Positions 1 to 13,699 of a stretch of 64,000 nucleotides of DNA are shown piece after piece. The notes beneath the pieces are model-generated. The model was not told the origin of the DNA. It did no database searches and saw only the letters and a program-made list of their open reading frames with translations. The DNA comes from Balanoglossus misakiensis (Eukaryota; Animalia; Hemichordata). Positions within the stretch are counted from its first letter, which is position 1; each line of letters starts with the position of its first letter. The stretch covers positions 13,490,327 to 13,554,326 of the forward strand of contig CM082582.2 in assembly GCA_040954595.2 (NCBI GenBank), in the 5' to 3' direction. A program made the translations under genes and the position numbers.

Positions 1-675
1 GGTTGCCAAAGGAACAATGCTAGTTTCCTTGGAAACGTAGAAAGTTAATTGTGACAAACAGTCCTGGTATATGATTATTGTATTGTAAGACTGCCATATA
101 TCTTTGCTACTCTCATGTAATAGTTTGGGAATAAACTTATAGTGGCAATACATTCTGCATATTGAATAAAAAAACAAGAGAATTCTGGATGGGAAATTCA
201 GTACAAATACATAGCTACATGTATGACAGGGTCTACAAGGAGTGCTGAATTGAATTTCTCATCCATTTCTCAGTTTTAAAAAGAAAAGCTTTTGTAGTAA
301 GTTTCCCAACTGTGAAAATGTGGCAATGCAGACATTGTACTCTTCTAGATTGCAACGTCACCAGTGATAAAAAATGCTAAACACAGAAACAACTATGATG
401 ATGTGTTCAGAGTTGCTTTGAAATGATGGCTTTTACACACTTTGTCTTCAAAACTCCAAACTGATGTTCTGGTGTGCTCAGCCAAATACACAAAAACATC
501 CTGTTTTCGACAGAACAAACCTTGACAGGATCAAAGACAGGATCAAATTTTTTAGAGAAAAAAAAGTTAAATTTTTCATCAGTATAAAGTATAAGCAATA
601 TATAAAATACTCACCAAGCCAAACAATTAGCAGACAGAACATCATTTACACTGTGACAAAAAACATCATCCAGAT

Positions 676-3600
676 TCAACATGTACAAGCATCTATCTGC
701 AACAGACGGGAGAGGAAAGTGTCATCAGCATCAGAAACTTGGTAGCCGTGGTAACCGGAGGAATCACCACCCTCAAAGTTTGATGCATATTCATAGATGG
801 TAATCTTCATTTCCCTGGGATGATAATGTTCATTGACTGAAGGCTGCTCATGATGAAAGTGGTTCCTGTAGAAAACAATGCTCGGCCCTCAAGAGTGCGA
901 ATATACAGCAGACCAGACGATAATTTCCTGCTTTGCTCAGATGCCTATCCCTAACAAGCGTTTTTTCATCACTCACTCAGTCACTGGACTTGACCATTTC
1001 TATAGAGGTACGAGTAGGTCTCAGCTACTGCAAGGTGTCAGGTTCAACTATTTCAAATACAGCGTTTTTTAATTTACCAGTAGCCTGATTTTAGAGGGAT
1101 CTATAATTATCTTAAATGAGGTATAAACATTAATTTGCTCAAAAAAAAGAACTCTCTTAATAAAGATAAATCCAAGTTTCATGGAACTTGACATGAAATG
1201 GATTAGTAACCATGGAAACTAATGCAGAAATGGTTGTACTAATGACTGATATACAACATCAGAAATTTCAGAAAATCTGTGATAATGAATTAATTTTCCA
1301 AATTGATGTATTATTTGTGGCAAGAGCCCTTCCACCTATTATCGCATGGCAAAGGTTCTGTTCAGCATGATCATAGTACGAAATTATCTGATTTTCGCTC
1401 TTCTTATGTCAACATGTCTTATCAACTTTGGAGATTTTCAGCATTTCATATAGTAACATAAATGCACATAATTTACATAAATTTAGGATTCTGCCTGAGC
1501 ATTTTTGTCTAAGTAAAACCACATCTGTTGTACAGACATACCCAATCTGTCTGTTTCTATGCCAACAGTAAAGCTCAATTTCCTTCTGCATATAAAATAC
1601 TTTCAAGAAGTGTTCCTTGATCAGGCTCAGTTAATCTGTTTAATAAGTTTGGTTTCTTGTGTGGTTTCTTCTTGTATTCAGTGTAACAAACCATTTTTGA
1701 TACATCCTGAATTCTTTTGTGATTTGTTTGGACTCTGATTGGCATCAGTTTCACTTCCCCTTGTCTTCTGTCATTCTAAATTGAATCTGGCCGAGTTTCA
1801 CCATCACTTCTCAATTTAAATATTCTGATACACGGTTAGATGTCATGTTACATGTGCATTGACATTTCATACATCAAGTATTTTCCCCAGAAAAATAACA
1901 GCAAAGGCCAAACTGGAGACTTTTAGAGTAATTTTACAGAGCTGATATCATGTGAAGGAGAGTCAGCTGTTTAAGTCACATATTAAACGTGTTGTTTCAT
2001 CAAATCCATCGAGTCTTGAGTATATACATCTAAAGTACTGGGAACTCTTCAAATATCAGGGAAAATAAAAATCAATTTAAAAAAAGGCCTGAAGATTGAA
2101 TGAATATCGTTTTCAAAATTTGTCAACTGGAATCATCCGTACCACAGGGACTAAAAAATCCAAACAGATCCTACCACCTACTAGACAACATTATCATATT
2201 TGTTATAGTGATAGTGACGCAAATTTTAGATGTTAAATTAATAATTTGTTTTCAAACTCACAAAGCGATACACACAAAAATGGCTTTGAATGCTAGGATT
2301 ACCAGCAAAGATGACTGGCACATCAAAAGAATACCATATTGTCAGAAGGCCTACAGAAACTCGTGTTTGAATGAATGTATAGATCCCTAATTCCTCATAA
2401 AACCTGTTAATTCCATCTACATTGAAGGCAGGTATTCATTTTTGTACACAAAACCTGAATAGATCCCAGGTGAGGCCGGTAACCGTCAGCAACCGTACGC
2501 CCTGAAGGCATAAACGTGGCCACTGAAAGCTGCTGGAACATTCTTTGTTTACAGCCCCGGGGGGAAAATGCTCGATATTGTGATGTGTTACCTACTTGTA
2601 ATGTAGCTATCTGTCTTTGAAATCTTTCTCTTCCTACTGTATAAAAAAATCAAAGCAAGTCAGTGAATACTTCAAACTGAGCTGAGATTTCTGTTATAAC
2701 CTTCTATGTACTGCTATATACACTTGATGGAGAAACTGTCAACAAATATACACCAGATCCCAAGCATTTTTGTTTCTTTCCACAGAAACCTGATCATCAG
2801 GTATCACACCTCATCTAACACAGCCAGTTCAGTCTTTTTTCGATTGTGTATAGATAGGCAATCTCTCTTCTTTCAAAACTCTCCGAGCTTTCAATAAAAC
2901 CACCTGAAACTGAGAGTTTCAGTAACAAGTGTCACGAAAAATCGGTTCAGTTCTCTGATGCTCGGTTAAAAATTTTGCCGCTACTTTTGAAGATATGAGC
3001 AGGTATAAATAAATGTCAAAGATATCTTTATCATCTTGTCTTCATGTAACAGGAAATTTCTACCAAAATACAACATACCTCTTGTTCATGTGATATCGTT
3101 AATTATTATAAAATTACAAATATTATTGGCTTATTATTAATAATCTGCCAATTATCAAAAGCCACGATTTTCATCTTGCTTAATTCAGTTCATTGTGAAT
3201 TATAATCACAAGGTTTTGTATCGGGGTCAATATCCAGGAACCAGAGAGGAATGAATATTTGAAACTTTCATGACACAAATCACGAAAACAGTTGAATACC
3301 CTGGATCATGAAGCACTAACGCTACGCATATCAATCATCTGTTTGTCACGCACACAGATCACCAAAGGCTTTTTAAAGATATCCTAACACTTAGTCCCAG
3401 GCAAGTTAAATTGCCCAGAAATATTCTCATGAAGACTTCCAGGACCTATTTCCTGTTAAAAATGGAATTCCTACAAATCGCTTGTTTCTGTGTTTTACAA
3501 GTATCATGTTTGGATGGATAAATTTGACAAAAGTATTACGAGTGCCTTAATTGTCAGCTTTATTTCTACCTTCAACATGTGTTGCTATATGCAAGTGTAT

Positions 3601-6600
3601 ATTGAGCATAGAGCATTTGATCCAGAGCAAGCCTGATTGCAGGCCTCATCATACATTGTAATTCTAACCTCCTGCTAGCATTTAATGCAGTCCATCAACT
3701 TATTAACCTTCTCTTCTCAAACGCTTTTATTGTCGTAAAGCGTATGAGGTAGACGTGTGAAAAACACCTCATAGTACTTCACAATGCCGGAATCAATTAC
3801 TTTCAAAGAATTCTTGCGCAAGTTGATTGTATTAGGATGGGCGACAATTTCATCATGCCATCAAAGTCCAACATGGAGAGCAGAATTGTTCATACTCAAT
3901 TCACGCTCAAATTATATTCATATTGAAAGGATACATGTTGCTTTTTCAATAGTTACAACACACGCAATACAAATCTGGGCTATGATTACATGTCTAATAC
4001 CATTCATTTCTGGATTTATTGCACAAATTCCATTATTTTGCAAAATCCATTTTTTCTTTCTCTGACATTCTTTGTCAAACAAAACCACAAGGTTATTTGA
4101 ACATTGGAATATTCCAACACGTATACTGCATCCATTATTTGTTTATACTTTTTAACACAATTACGTGACTATTTCAGTGGCTGGTGTCGATAGCACACTG
4201 CACTATATACAGCTTTTATCCTTCTATTCAGAAGCTTCTACATAATAGGCCTATTCAGATTTCGTGTTTAATTCATGAAAAGAGATTATCCTAATCATCC
4301 TGACTCTCTTCAATACAGATCATTTTTTTCATTTCTTTTACATCTATAATCTGCCATGAAAATCTCAGGAGCTTTATCGAGGAAGAAAAATGATTGAAAA
4401 TATCACTCGCGAGAGAAATATGACCTTGAGAAAGTTGTCAATATCATTGACTAACTTGACGGCTTCAAGGTGGGTTTTTTATAATCAATTCATGCCTTGA
4501 TCAGCTACAAAAGGTGCATAACTTATGATAAACACTTATAATCGGTTTGATCAATTGAATAATGACAAAATATCAGAATGAACTATATCAAGATGTGACA
4601 GTATAATCCTTCAATTGTCATATGTAACTCACCATAAAGCTCTTTTTGACTTCAAATCAATAATCTTTTCCATCAATGGTTTGGTGACATTCATTCCTAC
4701 TGCTGCCACTATGCCAGTTGTCCGAGTGTCTTGTCCTGAAACATTCTTGTTGAATCTTATGACTTGAACTGCGCACTGATTGTCAAATTTTCTTCTAGTC
4801 TGTGAATATGGTTTTCAGATAATACACATTTCACCATGGTGACTATAGGAACAATGTTCATGTATTGTGTTTCATGACATGATCCACACACAGAGAAGTA
4901 AATTATTGATTCTCAGAGAGTATTGGTTAACATATGAACAATCGATCATATCATCTACACCCTGAGGTTGCAAACAATACAAGAATGTAAAGCATATAAA
5001 TTTATGTTGACCTAAATGAACAATACAAAAACTATAAACAGGTATTTCAGAAAAGGTAATGCACAAACATGCAACAAGCAACAAAGGTGGTATAGTCCCA
5101 GATTTGAGCACTAGCTAGTTCATTAATAAAACTAGGAGTTGTGCTTCAGTGAAATTTAAATAATGTTTAATAATGAAAGACATATTTTCTCACAAGTGAC
5201 AATGTACGATTATTTATTGTGTACAAAATATTAAGAATATTCTGCAGGATTTGGTAAAAAATTTAGAAAAGGCATATACCTGCAGATTGTGGTTTCTGCA
5301 GCTGTTTCCATGGATACTTGTCTTCTGCCTGTTTGTCATCAGTGACTGGTTGTTACTCCAAGATGAGACAGTGTTTAAAAAACATGACATCTTCACAAGA
5401 GACATCAAGTGAAGTCAGGCAATTAGCAATTGCATCAGATCCCTGAGGCAACACTTCAGATATAAATCCTAATGATGCATCAGTATTCTATTCTATTCTC
5501 TAGTACTGCATTCCTTTTCTGAAACTCAATATACAAGTTTGAAATTGTTTGTAGTAGTAATAAAGGCACATGGCAGTGTGTAAATAAAAGTCCCAAAATG
5601 TTTCAGATAATCTGCTTTGAACACTATCATGTGCCCACTCAATTTAGTTTAGCCAAGTACAATCACTATGGTTCGTCATTTCTGAATGTAGACAACACTA
5701 CTCTCTATACTATAAAAGTAATCTGTAAACTCGACTGAATTATTCAAAAGTAAAACACCACTGTCAAAGTGTTTAACCACTGATTTTTGCACACAAAAAA
5801 CAGCAGTAGGATTAAGGGTGATCAAGACACTTAGCTTTAACTGAGACCTGAATCTAGGATAAACCACAGAACATTAGGAGGAAACCTCAAAAGCATACTG
5901 ATTTCACTGGATTGACAGCAACGATTAGAATTTCAAGTTTCTACGATATGTCTTCATTATCGAAGTTAGCAAATTTCCACACACTTTTTATTCCATATTC
6001 ATGGGATATGAAGGCAGACATTTCTGCAATCACCACTGCAGCCACGAACTGCCCAACTGTGCATTCATGTTGTAAAAGTACCCAATAAAATGCATCACTG
6101 CGGGGAAATTGAATATAAATGGAGATACCTGATATCTACCTGTACATACCAAGCAGCCCAGAGTTCAGACCATACTGAGACAGAGAAATCAGACACAAAA
6201 AAACAAGAGATAGTTTCCACTCACCAGTATGGTTTCCCTAGGGTTCAGCATGACCTCAAGGAGTTCAATATAATTTGGACTCTAATTTCAGTACCTGGAA
6301 CATGCTGGGGTTTTAATGTTATAAAAGAACAAGCCACGGTTAAAGTTGTACCTGTCCACTCCAGTTCTTTTCTTTTCTTTTCATGTGTATCCTTTCCTTC
6401 TGAATGAAAACAAAAACAAAATACACACAGAGGGAATAGCAGAAGTCCCACATGTTGATATCAGATATTTAGTGCAAGTCTGTTTTTTGTGTGTGAAATA
6501 GAAAAACTCATGCATGGTTTCCTATCAATGGAGAAATCAGCAATTCAAAAAGACTTTGATCATTCGTGTACCACATATGAAAATCGTGTGTTAGAAGGAG

Positions 6601-7190
6601 ACCTAGAATGGAATTCGGTCACCTCTCCTGGGAATCAGAGATGAGACACTGAATCAGAATTCTGTAATTTTCCACCTGGTTTCACAATTTGAGAATGGCT
6701 AATTGGTATACATGTACTGGACCGATTCCAAAAGTGAGGAGGGTATCACAACTTTATACCTAACGATGATGGTCTGAAATTAAAAAAAATTACAGAAGTT
6801 AAGTGTAGAAGTGTTTGGCTAGTGCATGTTTGTTTCAATTTGAAGCAGCAAATTTGAGGGCTACCCAAATCACTGACATTTTATTTCAGCTTCAATGAAT
6901 AGACATTGACCAATCAGGATTTCTGCAGTGACTAATGGTTTGGATGAAATGTACAATCACACTTCAAGCCGATCTTGTGAATAATTCACATTGAAAGTGA
7001 GGGTGCATCTCTCCTTGCGAGTAATGTCATTATTTCACATCCAACTGTCTGCAAAACATCTCACTGCTCCTTCATCTTCTCTTCACATCAGCCACGTTGT
7101 CTGCCACAGTACTTGCCAACACATCAGACTTAAGTTTAGCACACTTAAAACTTCACACTGTTGCATTTCCACAAAGTAAACCTTTACTGG
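676..7190 (-). pseudogene. Possible decayed multi-exon gene of unknown identity
   Basis: Several AG/GT-bounded blocks read like protein on the - strand. Two are open: 865-676 and 2636-2455. Others carry in-frame stops, e.g. ~5460-5280 (FISEVLPQGSDAIANCLTSLDVSCEDVMFFKHCLILE*QP), ~6130-5900, ~4800-4630 and ~1780-1540. No family recognised. Confidence 0.3.
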
Positions 7191-8002
7191 TAAGCAATAA
7201 CCACCTACCCATTCCCATGAATACCATGGTTAAAATTACATTTCCAAATCAACTTTGGAAGTATGATCGTTTTCTCACATTTCTCTGTTCTGAAGATGAG
7301 GAATTTTATGACACATAAAAATGTTTATGCACCAATGCATCATGCGTATACACTTATTATAAAATTCATTCTTTCAGGGGGGAAAACAAACTTTAAAGAA
7401 AACAGAAAAACAGCAATGTCTTTACAAAAGTTTTATTGTCTTTATAGATTTTATAAAGTAATCAAATATGAAGAAAATTATAATTGCGCACTATAGCAGA
7501 GAAAATCAAATACATCTCTACTCTAATTTAGATGTTGAAAATCAACCTTAGCAAATATTTGACATGTTTTTGAGACAAGTTAAAAAACACAAAAACTGTT
7601 ACAAACTATGAAACGTCCAGAAATTTACAATTACACACAAGCCTTATTGCCTATGTTTCGTATTTCCATGACAACATAAACACGAGTGGTGAAAATGCCC
7701 CTAGGTACAACACTAATGACATCATATGACTGAAAAGTATCTTGAAAGAAACCCTATGGATCCCCTAAGGAGCGTAATCAACAACACTTGGGGCAAACTA
7801 CAAAATATTGTGAGGTTGAGATGTTCAATTCACGCAAACAAGAACAACTGTTGCATATAAAATGACCTTCCAATCCATCTTGTGTTCAGCTTTAGTAAAT
7901 TCCAGTTGCAATTCACTTTCCAAAGAAAACAAAATTTCTTTCAGCAAGACAACATTCAATACAGCAGGATTGTCAGAACAGACCTGCTTTGAATGCATCC
8001 AT

Positions 8003-11000
8003 TCAAGGGTTCTGCCAAAGCACACACCAAAACATTAACCAGTTCGGAAAATATAACAAACTGGTCAGAGGGAACAGCCAATTATTGTAGACGTAACTAT
8101 CTACGACAGAATCAAATAACGCAGTTTTACATAAAGAGATGACATCAACTGATAAATCTGCCATACCAGTGAATCCATGCATCCAGACAGACTGAATAAC
8201 CACTGAGAATAGAACAAGCATGAGAGGACTTACACACAACAGCAGTAGGGCTTGTAGCAAACGACCAATTCTATAAACCAAAAAAAATAAGAAAGAAAAA
8301 ATATTCAAATTGACTAAAAAACCAGTGAATCTCACACACACAATCTGATCTTTCTCTTCTGAGAACAGTTGCATTTTCATAATCTTGTATTTCCAATATT
8401 TAAATACACATCTGACCCGCCTCCTTTCCCCAAAACCTGATAGGCAGTATGCAACTGTACAGAACTTTTATGATAAAAAGGAATAACATGGCATGGGAGA
8501 CTAAAAATTATGTTACTGGTAAATGTAGTTGAAATTCTCAGACTTTGTTTTTCAATCAATTTTTTTAACAAATGAAAATTCATTTATTTGACACGATTCT
8601 GACTCTTTGGTCTTGGACGTTTGTACAGCCTATCACAGTCTAACTGTGAGTCTATGCACACTTATAAGACGACACAGTCCACAGTGAAAGTCTATCACAT
8701 GGGGGCGCTCTCGCTTGAACCTGGGAATATCATTCTCTATGGCGTTGCAACCTATCATGTGAAGTCAGACCATCTTATAAACAAAACTCAGCAGCTTAAT
8801 ATATATTGTATGGCTGTGTGTTGAACTACCAATTCCTTGTCAAAATTTCAACAAATCTTCTATGGGAAGTGCTCTCAAATCTTTACAATATTATAGCAAT
8901 GAAATCAGAGAACTATTTAATGTATGTAAGATCCTCCCAGCTTTACAATTATCATGTCCTCATTAAAAAAACTACCAGGAAACAGAATCACTTACTTGCT
9001 GTGAGTTGGTCTAGTGAGACTGAAGATGGGAACAGTCACCATGGTAATGAAGAAGCCAAGGGAAAAGTTCATCATTGCAATGCCACCCATTAAAACACCA
9101 TGCCATATCAGGGCCAAGCATTTCAGCAAAGGCCAGCTTGATAAGAACTCTTCTTTTGTTTTATCTTCTGCTTTTGCTATCGATCTGACAAGAAGAAGAA
9201 CAATTTCAATAATAGCCAGTGACTTCTTTTCGGCTGAAATTTAATCACATCATTGCGAGCAATCTCGTTCAATTAAATCACTTCTTCTACTTATTTTCTG
9301 ATTTTGAAAGGATTGTAGACTGACTTGAAATCTTATCTCTCTTTTAATTATCCCCAAAACCGTGATGTGTTCATGTTTCCAATCAATAAATCTGTAGAAA
9401 TTAGTATTTGTGTTTGCTTTTATCCTATCATAACAATTCACATTCAGCATTATAAAATCTTTGCAGAATTTCAGAATACAGAATGGGAACTAAACATTAT
9501 TGTTCGTCTTAAATTCCCCTTCTTATACAATTATAAAGTTTCCCTATAATGAACTCCTAGACTAACGTCCTTCAACATAGACCACAGATTTAATGGGTTA
9601 GTATAAAGCCCTAACACCTATTAATAAAGCTTACACAATCCCTGTTGTCAATTACTCTTTCTCTGAAAAGGCAATGATGCCTGACATCCTGCTTTTTTTT
9701 CTCACATCTTTGAAGTATCATATTCACTGGATCAACACAGGAAGAGTGTATAGTGTTAATTAACCAGAGGTGTTACATATCATGTACTGCTTTTGTACAT
9801 TGCCTGATCAGACATCATTTTGACTTCTTTTTAAATTTTATAGGGCACCTCTATCTGAAGTTTTTTTACAGTTTACGTATGAAGAAAGTGTGAAAATATC
9901 TTGACCTATAAACAACAGTTTCAACAGCTAGCAAAATCATCATCTTCAAATTTAGAGTATGGCTTTAATTTCTCCACATGTATTTTTCCATGTGATATTT
10001 CACAATAGTCAGCACAGCCGATTTTATGTCACTCCTAACTGACTCAACGTGGCCCTCCATGATTCAATGTAAAATAGGTCTCTTACCTTCTGGTAAGGTA
10101 CGGCAAACATGATGCCCCAATGAGGTAAGCTGCTAAGCCAACTGTCAGTGCCTCTTTTGGAGCAATCGAAAAAAGATGAGCCCATCTTCCACATGTTTCA
10201 GGACTCCAATACAAAAGAAGACCAGTGAATTGTGAAACCAATATAGTCGGCACTACAGAGCTGAATGTGTACGGAATATCTCGGATGTTTGTGGTACTCT
10301 GAAATGAAATAAATATTTATTGCATTTTTCTCCAATAATGTCTTGCGTTCCTGGGATCAATCCATATTTCTTGCCAACTTTCTATACATGTTAATGTATC
10401 TTTATACCCATTTCAAAGAATTTCTTCCAATACCCTACATGTTAAATCTTTAAGATTTCCTAATCACAACTTAGTCTGTATGTGTTACTCACAAACACCT
10501 TTGGTTGACTTTCTTCAACTTCTTTTTCTCCATCCTTCTTTTCCTTGTCTTCTTCTGTCTCTTTCGTCTTTTCTTTCTTCGTTTTCTTATCAGAGCAATC
10601 ATCATCTTTCATTCTGACACTTGACATATCTATCCAAAGTACAATGGCTTGAGAATAGTCAAGGCAAATAACAACTGGAAAAAACACTATTTTATCATCA
10701 TGTGTATTACATGTATATCAATGTGTAGGATATACAGCTCACAACAGCTAATGATTCACCATGTTTCAGTAAGCAGAATAAATTTCATCTACTTATCACT
10801 TTAGGCAAATAATAAAAACAAACTCTCAAAGGCTGAAAGGATTTTATCCTTCTAATAAGATAAATTGTACTTTCATAACAAAACAACTGCATTCATAATG
10901 TTCTTAGTTTTTTGAAGGATATAAATATGGCAGGCACTACAACCAGAAGACCAAAGGGTGGCATGTAGAGTCCAATAGAGACATATCGATCAATCGATGG

Positions 11001-13699
11001 AAGCAGATAGAAGAAAAATGACTGGTGAAACCGCTCAAGGATGTTGTTAAGACTTCGGAAAGTGCCTTCCAAAACCCTGGAAGGAAAAATTACAAAAAGC
11101 ATTCAAGACTTAGAGTATTATAACACAGTCAAGCTAAAAATTAAAATTAAAATTTCAGGTGGGTCAATTAGTTGGCTTGAAATGTAGATTTTAAATGTTT
11201 ATATAAATCAAATATGATTTAAAAAGTGTCTCGGTTTATGCATGACATTTAAAGCCATCAGATTTTCAAAGCGTGATTTGGATATTATTAATAGTTTGTT
11301 CACACATTATTGACAGTCCCAAGTGCTTCCTCTCAACAACTTTGATCCAGATTTTCACACTTGCTACAAATAATTCTCACCTTCCAAACACTCTAAACCC
11401 TTGCCCTTTAGACTTATCATCGACACCTTTCAAAGTAATGGCTTCAATGTGATACTTATGGAATAATCCATGATTTCCAGTCGGTTTTCCAGAGGCTTGG
11501 TGCATCATGTTGGATAGCATGATTTTGGCATTCTGCTGAAAACCTTTGAACTTCTCTGCATCTGTTGGACTAGGCTCAAACTGCTCAAATCAAAATGTTA
11601 ATAGGTTTGAATTATATTCATGACAATTAATTCATACACAACTATTCTCACTTCTGTCTCTTTCTCCTTACCCCTAACAGTGTTTTGCGCCCTATCTGTC
11701 CATCTCTCCCCCTCCCCCAAATACAGGCATAATTACTAACCATGTTTTGCACAGTTACTGGCATCCTTTCCTTTTTGCAAAGTCTTACAGCTAGATTGAC
11801 CAGATCCAAGTTTGGCAACTGCCCATTCAGTCCCTCTATCTTGATGTCTACATGGTTGACAGAAGCTGATCCAACTTCCAGGTTGATTGCCCCTAAGATG
11901 GCACCACTACGTCCGTGCATGACCGAAGATTTGATATCTGCAATGAATATCTGTAATTAGTCTAATTGGCTGGGGGGGGGGGGGGGGCTTGCAATTAATT
12001 GGAGTGATTGTGGATTGTGTGATATTTTGATTTCCCACTGGTCCTCCAAAAGTCCACAGCCTTTTCAGTGACGCATGTCTCGCTGACAAAGCCCCTAGAT
12101 CTCATTGAAGTCTTTTCTTCTCACTGTCACTTTTAGTTACTCCAGGCATTTGCCTCCCATAGATTTTCTAGCTGTCATAGGAGTGTTACCTCCCTCCTCC
12201 CCAACACACACAGCAAATTCAGAAAAATACATTTTCTTACATTGAGAGTCCACAAAGTGGTAGGATTCCAACCATGCCTGGATGCCTAGGTTCTCATGTT
12301 CAGTTATAAGAAAGATGACATCTTTAGACCAGTATGTTTGCTCTTGAAAAGAAAAACAAATAAACATAAAAAGTTGGTAAAGCTATGCTTGGTAACAGTA
12401 AAGCACAATAACAGACTGTTGTCATAGTTATAAGTAAATGTTTTGTACTACAGAGAAATTTTCCCTTCACAACTCGATGAATTTTTCAGGACTCACTTCT
12501 GAAGAATTTGGCCAATGCCAGCATGAGTCCAATTCCATGCTGTGTTCCGCCGTATTTCTTGCTGTCTTTGGTTCTGCGGAAGGGGATTGAAAAGACCACA
12601 GCTTCTGTTCCTGCAACTCTTGGTGCTCGCAGAATGCCATAGACGTTGTGGCCAGAAAGAGTCTGTTGAGAGATGAGTGAGTTTTGTTGGGGGCTTTTTT
12701 TTCACTATGAGATCAGATGTGAAACATTGCATTTTCATGAAAAGCCGGTCCTTATTCATTCCTTGTTTTTTGCTGATAAAAGCTAAACTCACAGGTAAAC
12801 AAACACCACCATCATCATTCTTGCACAAACCTAGAAGTGTTTTCATGTGATAATAGCTTCAGTGACAAAACATAGTCAAGCAAAGATATTTTAACATGGT
12901 CTGTCACAGAGAAACCAGTCATGTTTCAAGACCTGCTTGATGGTGAGACTATGGTAACAACTTTTAAATACTGACATATGATAACTATACTCACTCTTTG
13001 CTTGGCATCTTTGCCCTTGCCAATTCTGCCCATGAATGGATGCCCAACTGTGAAATTATGGACGTACGTCTCCAATCCCAACTGTTGCATGGTTTCTTTG
13101 AACCAATCCACAGGCATTGCTCTGTTCCATGGTAAACAGGCAGAGAAATAAAGAGGCAGTCAGATAGAGAAAGGTTTAAGACTTCTTGACTCTCACAAAA
13201 TCTCACAATCTCTTTCACTAAACTAGTCTTGTGAAAAGGGTTATCTTGTCATCCATTCAACACAAATTAAACAGCTTACTTTTCCTGTTTGACTGCTTCC
13301 AGCACTTGCTTGACATATTCGCTGGCATCCTGGTCACTGTAGAACTGCCTTTCAACCAGACCAGGCAAAAGTGCATTCTCTGAGAAATAGGTCCCTGCAT
13401 TCAGAGGTCTGTACGCCAGTGCTAACATCCATACTATGCCAGCGATGTAACACAGTACACTGTAAAGAAAAAAAAAGCAAATTACAACATTGAGTTCAAG
13501 AAATGAGAAATTGAAGTGGGTTGTTTATCAAAGGCATATAAATAAAAAACACATAACATCAAATCCTCAACATTTTATTATGAGTTTCATTGCAAAATGT
13601 TGATAATAAATAGCGGGGGACCTACCTCACTTTGAAATAATGTTTCTTGATAAGTACTGTAAATTTTGCACGCTGCTTTGGATCTGACAATAAAGCCAT
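8003..13699 (-). CDS. GPAA1: GPI transamidase subunit GPAA1/GAA1 (12 coding exons)
   Basis: Spliced exons (some boundaries approximate): 13699-13626 ([13 protein letters not shown]), 13459-13280 ([30 protein letters not shown]), ~13122-12995, ~12662-12498 ([20 protein letters not shown]), ~12342-12241 ([14 protein letters not shown]), 11937-11741 ([27 protein letters not shown]), ~11581-11381 ([22 protein letters not shown]), ~11076-10923 ([32 protein letters not shown]), 10648-10493, ~10298-10087, ~9184-8996, 8270-8003 ([13 protein letters not shown]). These motifs are diagnostic of the Gaa1 family. Confidence 0.96.
10649..10922 (-). other. GPAA1: U12-type (minor spliceosome) intron of GPAA1
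   Basis: The 5' end reads ATATCCTTC (U12 consensus RTATCCTT) right after ...VPAIF. A branch-point-like TGCCTTGAC lies ~10 nt before the next exon (AIVLWIDM). A minor-class intron is established in mammalian GPAA1. Confidence 0.88.

Noticed and set aside
2-36. Tandem X-box-like palindromes (GTTTCCTTGGAAAC) at the window edge
   Set aside because: No associated gene start is visible, and similar words recur at ~1207, ~17412, ~26868 and ~53752, so specificity is low.
4630-7190. HELZ/HELZ2/MOV10-like helicase identity for the decayed region (YFVEMQQCEVLSVLNL; RRKFDNQCAVQVIR)
   Set aside because: The resemblance covers only a few residues, and no Walker A, DEAA or RNB motif was found. A database search is needed.
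11972-11988. G homopolymer as a G-quadruplex element
   Set aside because: A simple homopolymer in a GPAA1 intron. Similar C/G runs occur at ~14826, ~30821 and ~32597 with no pattern.
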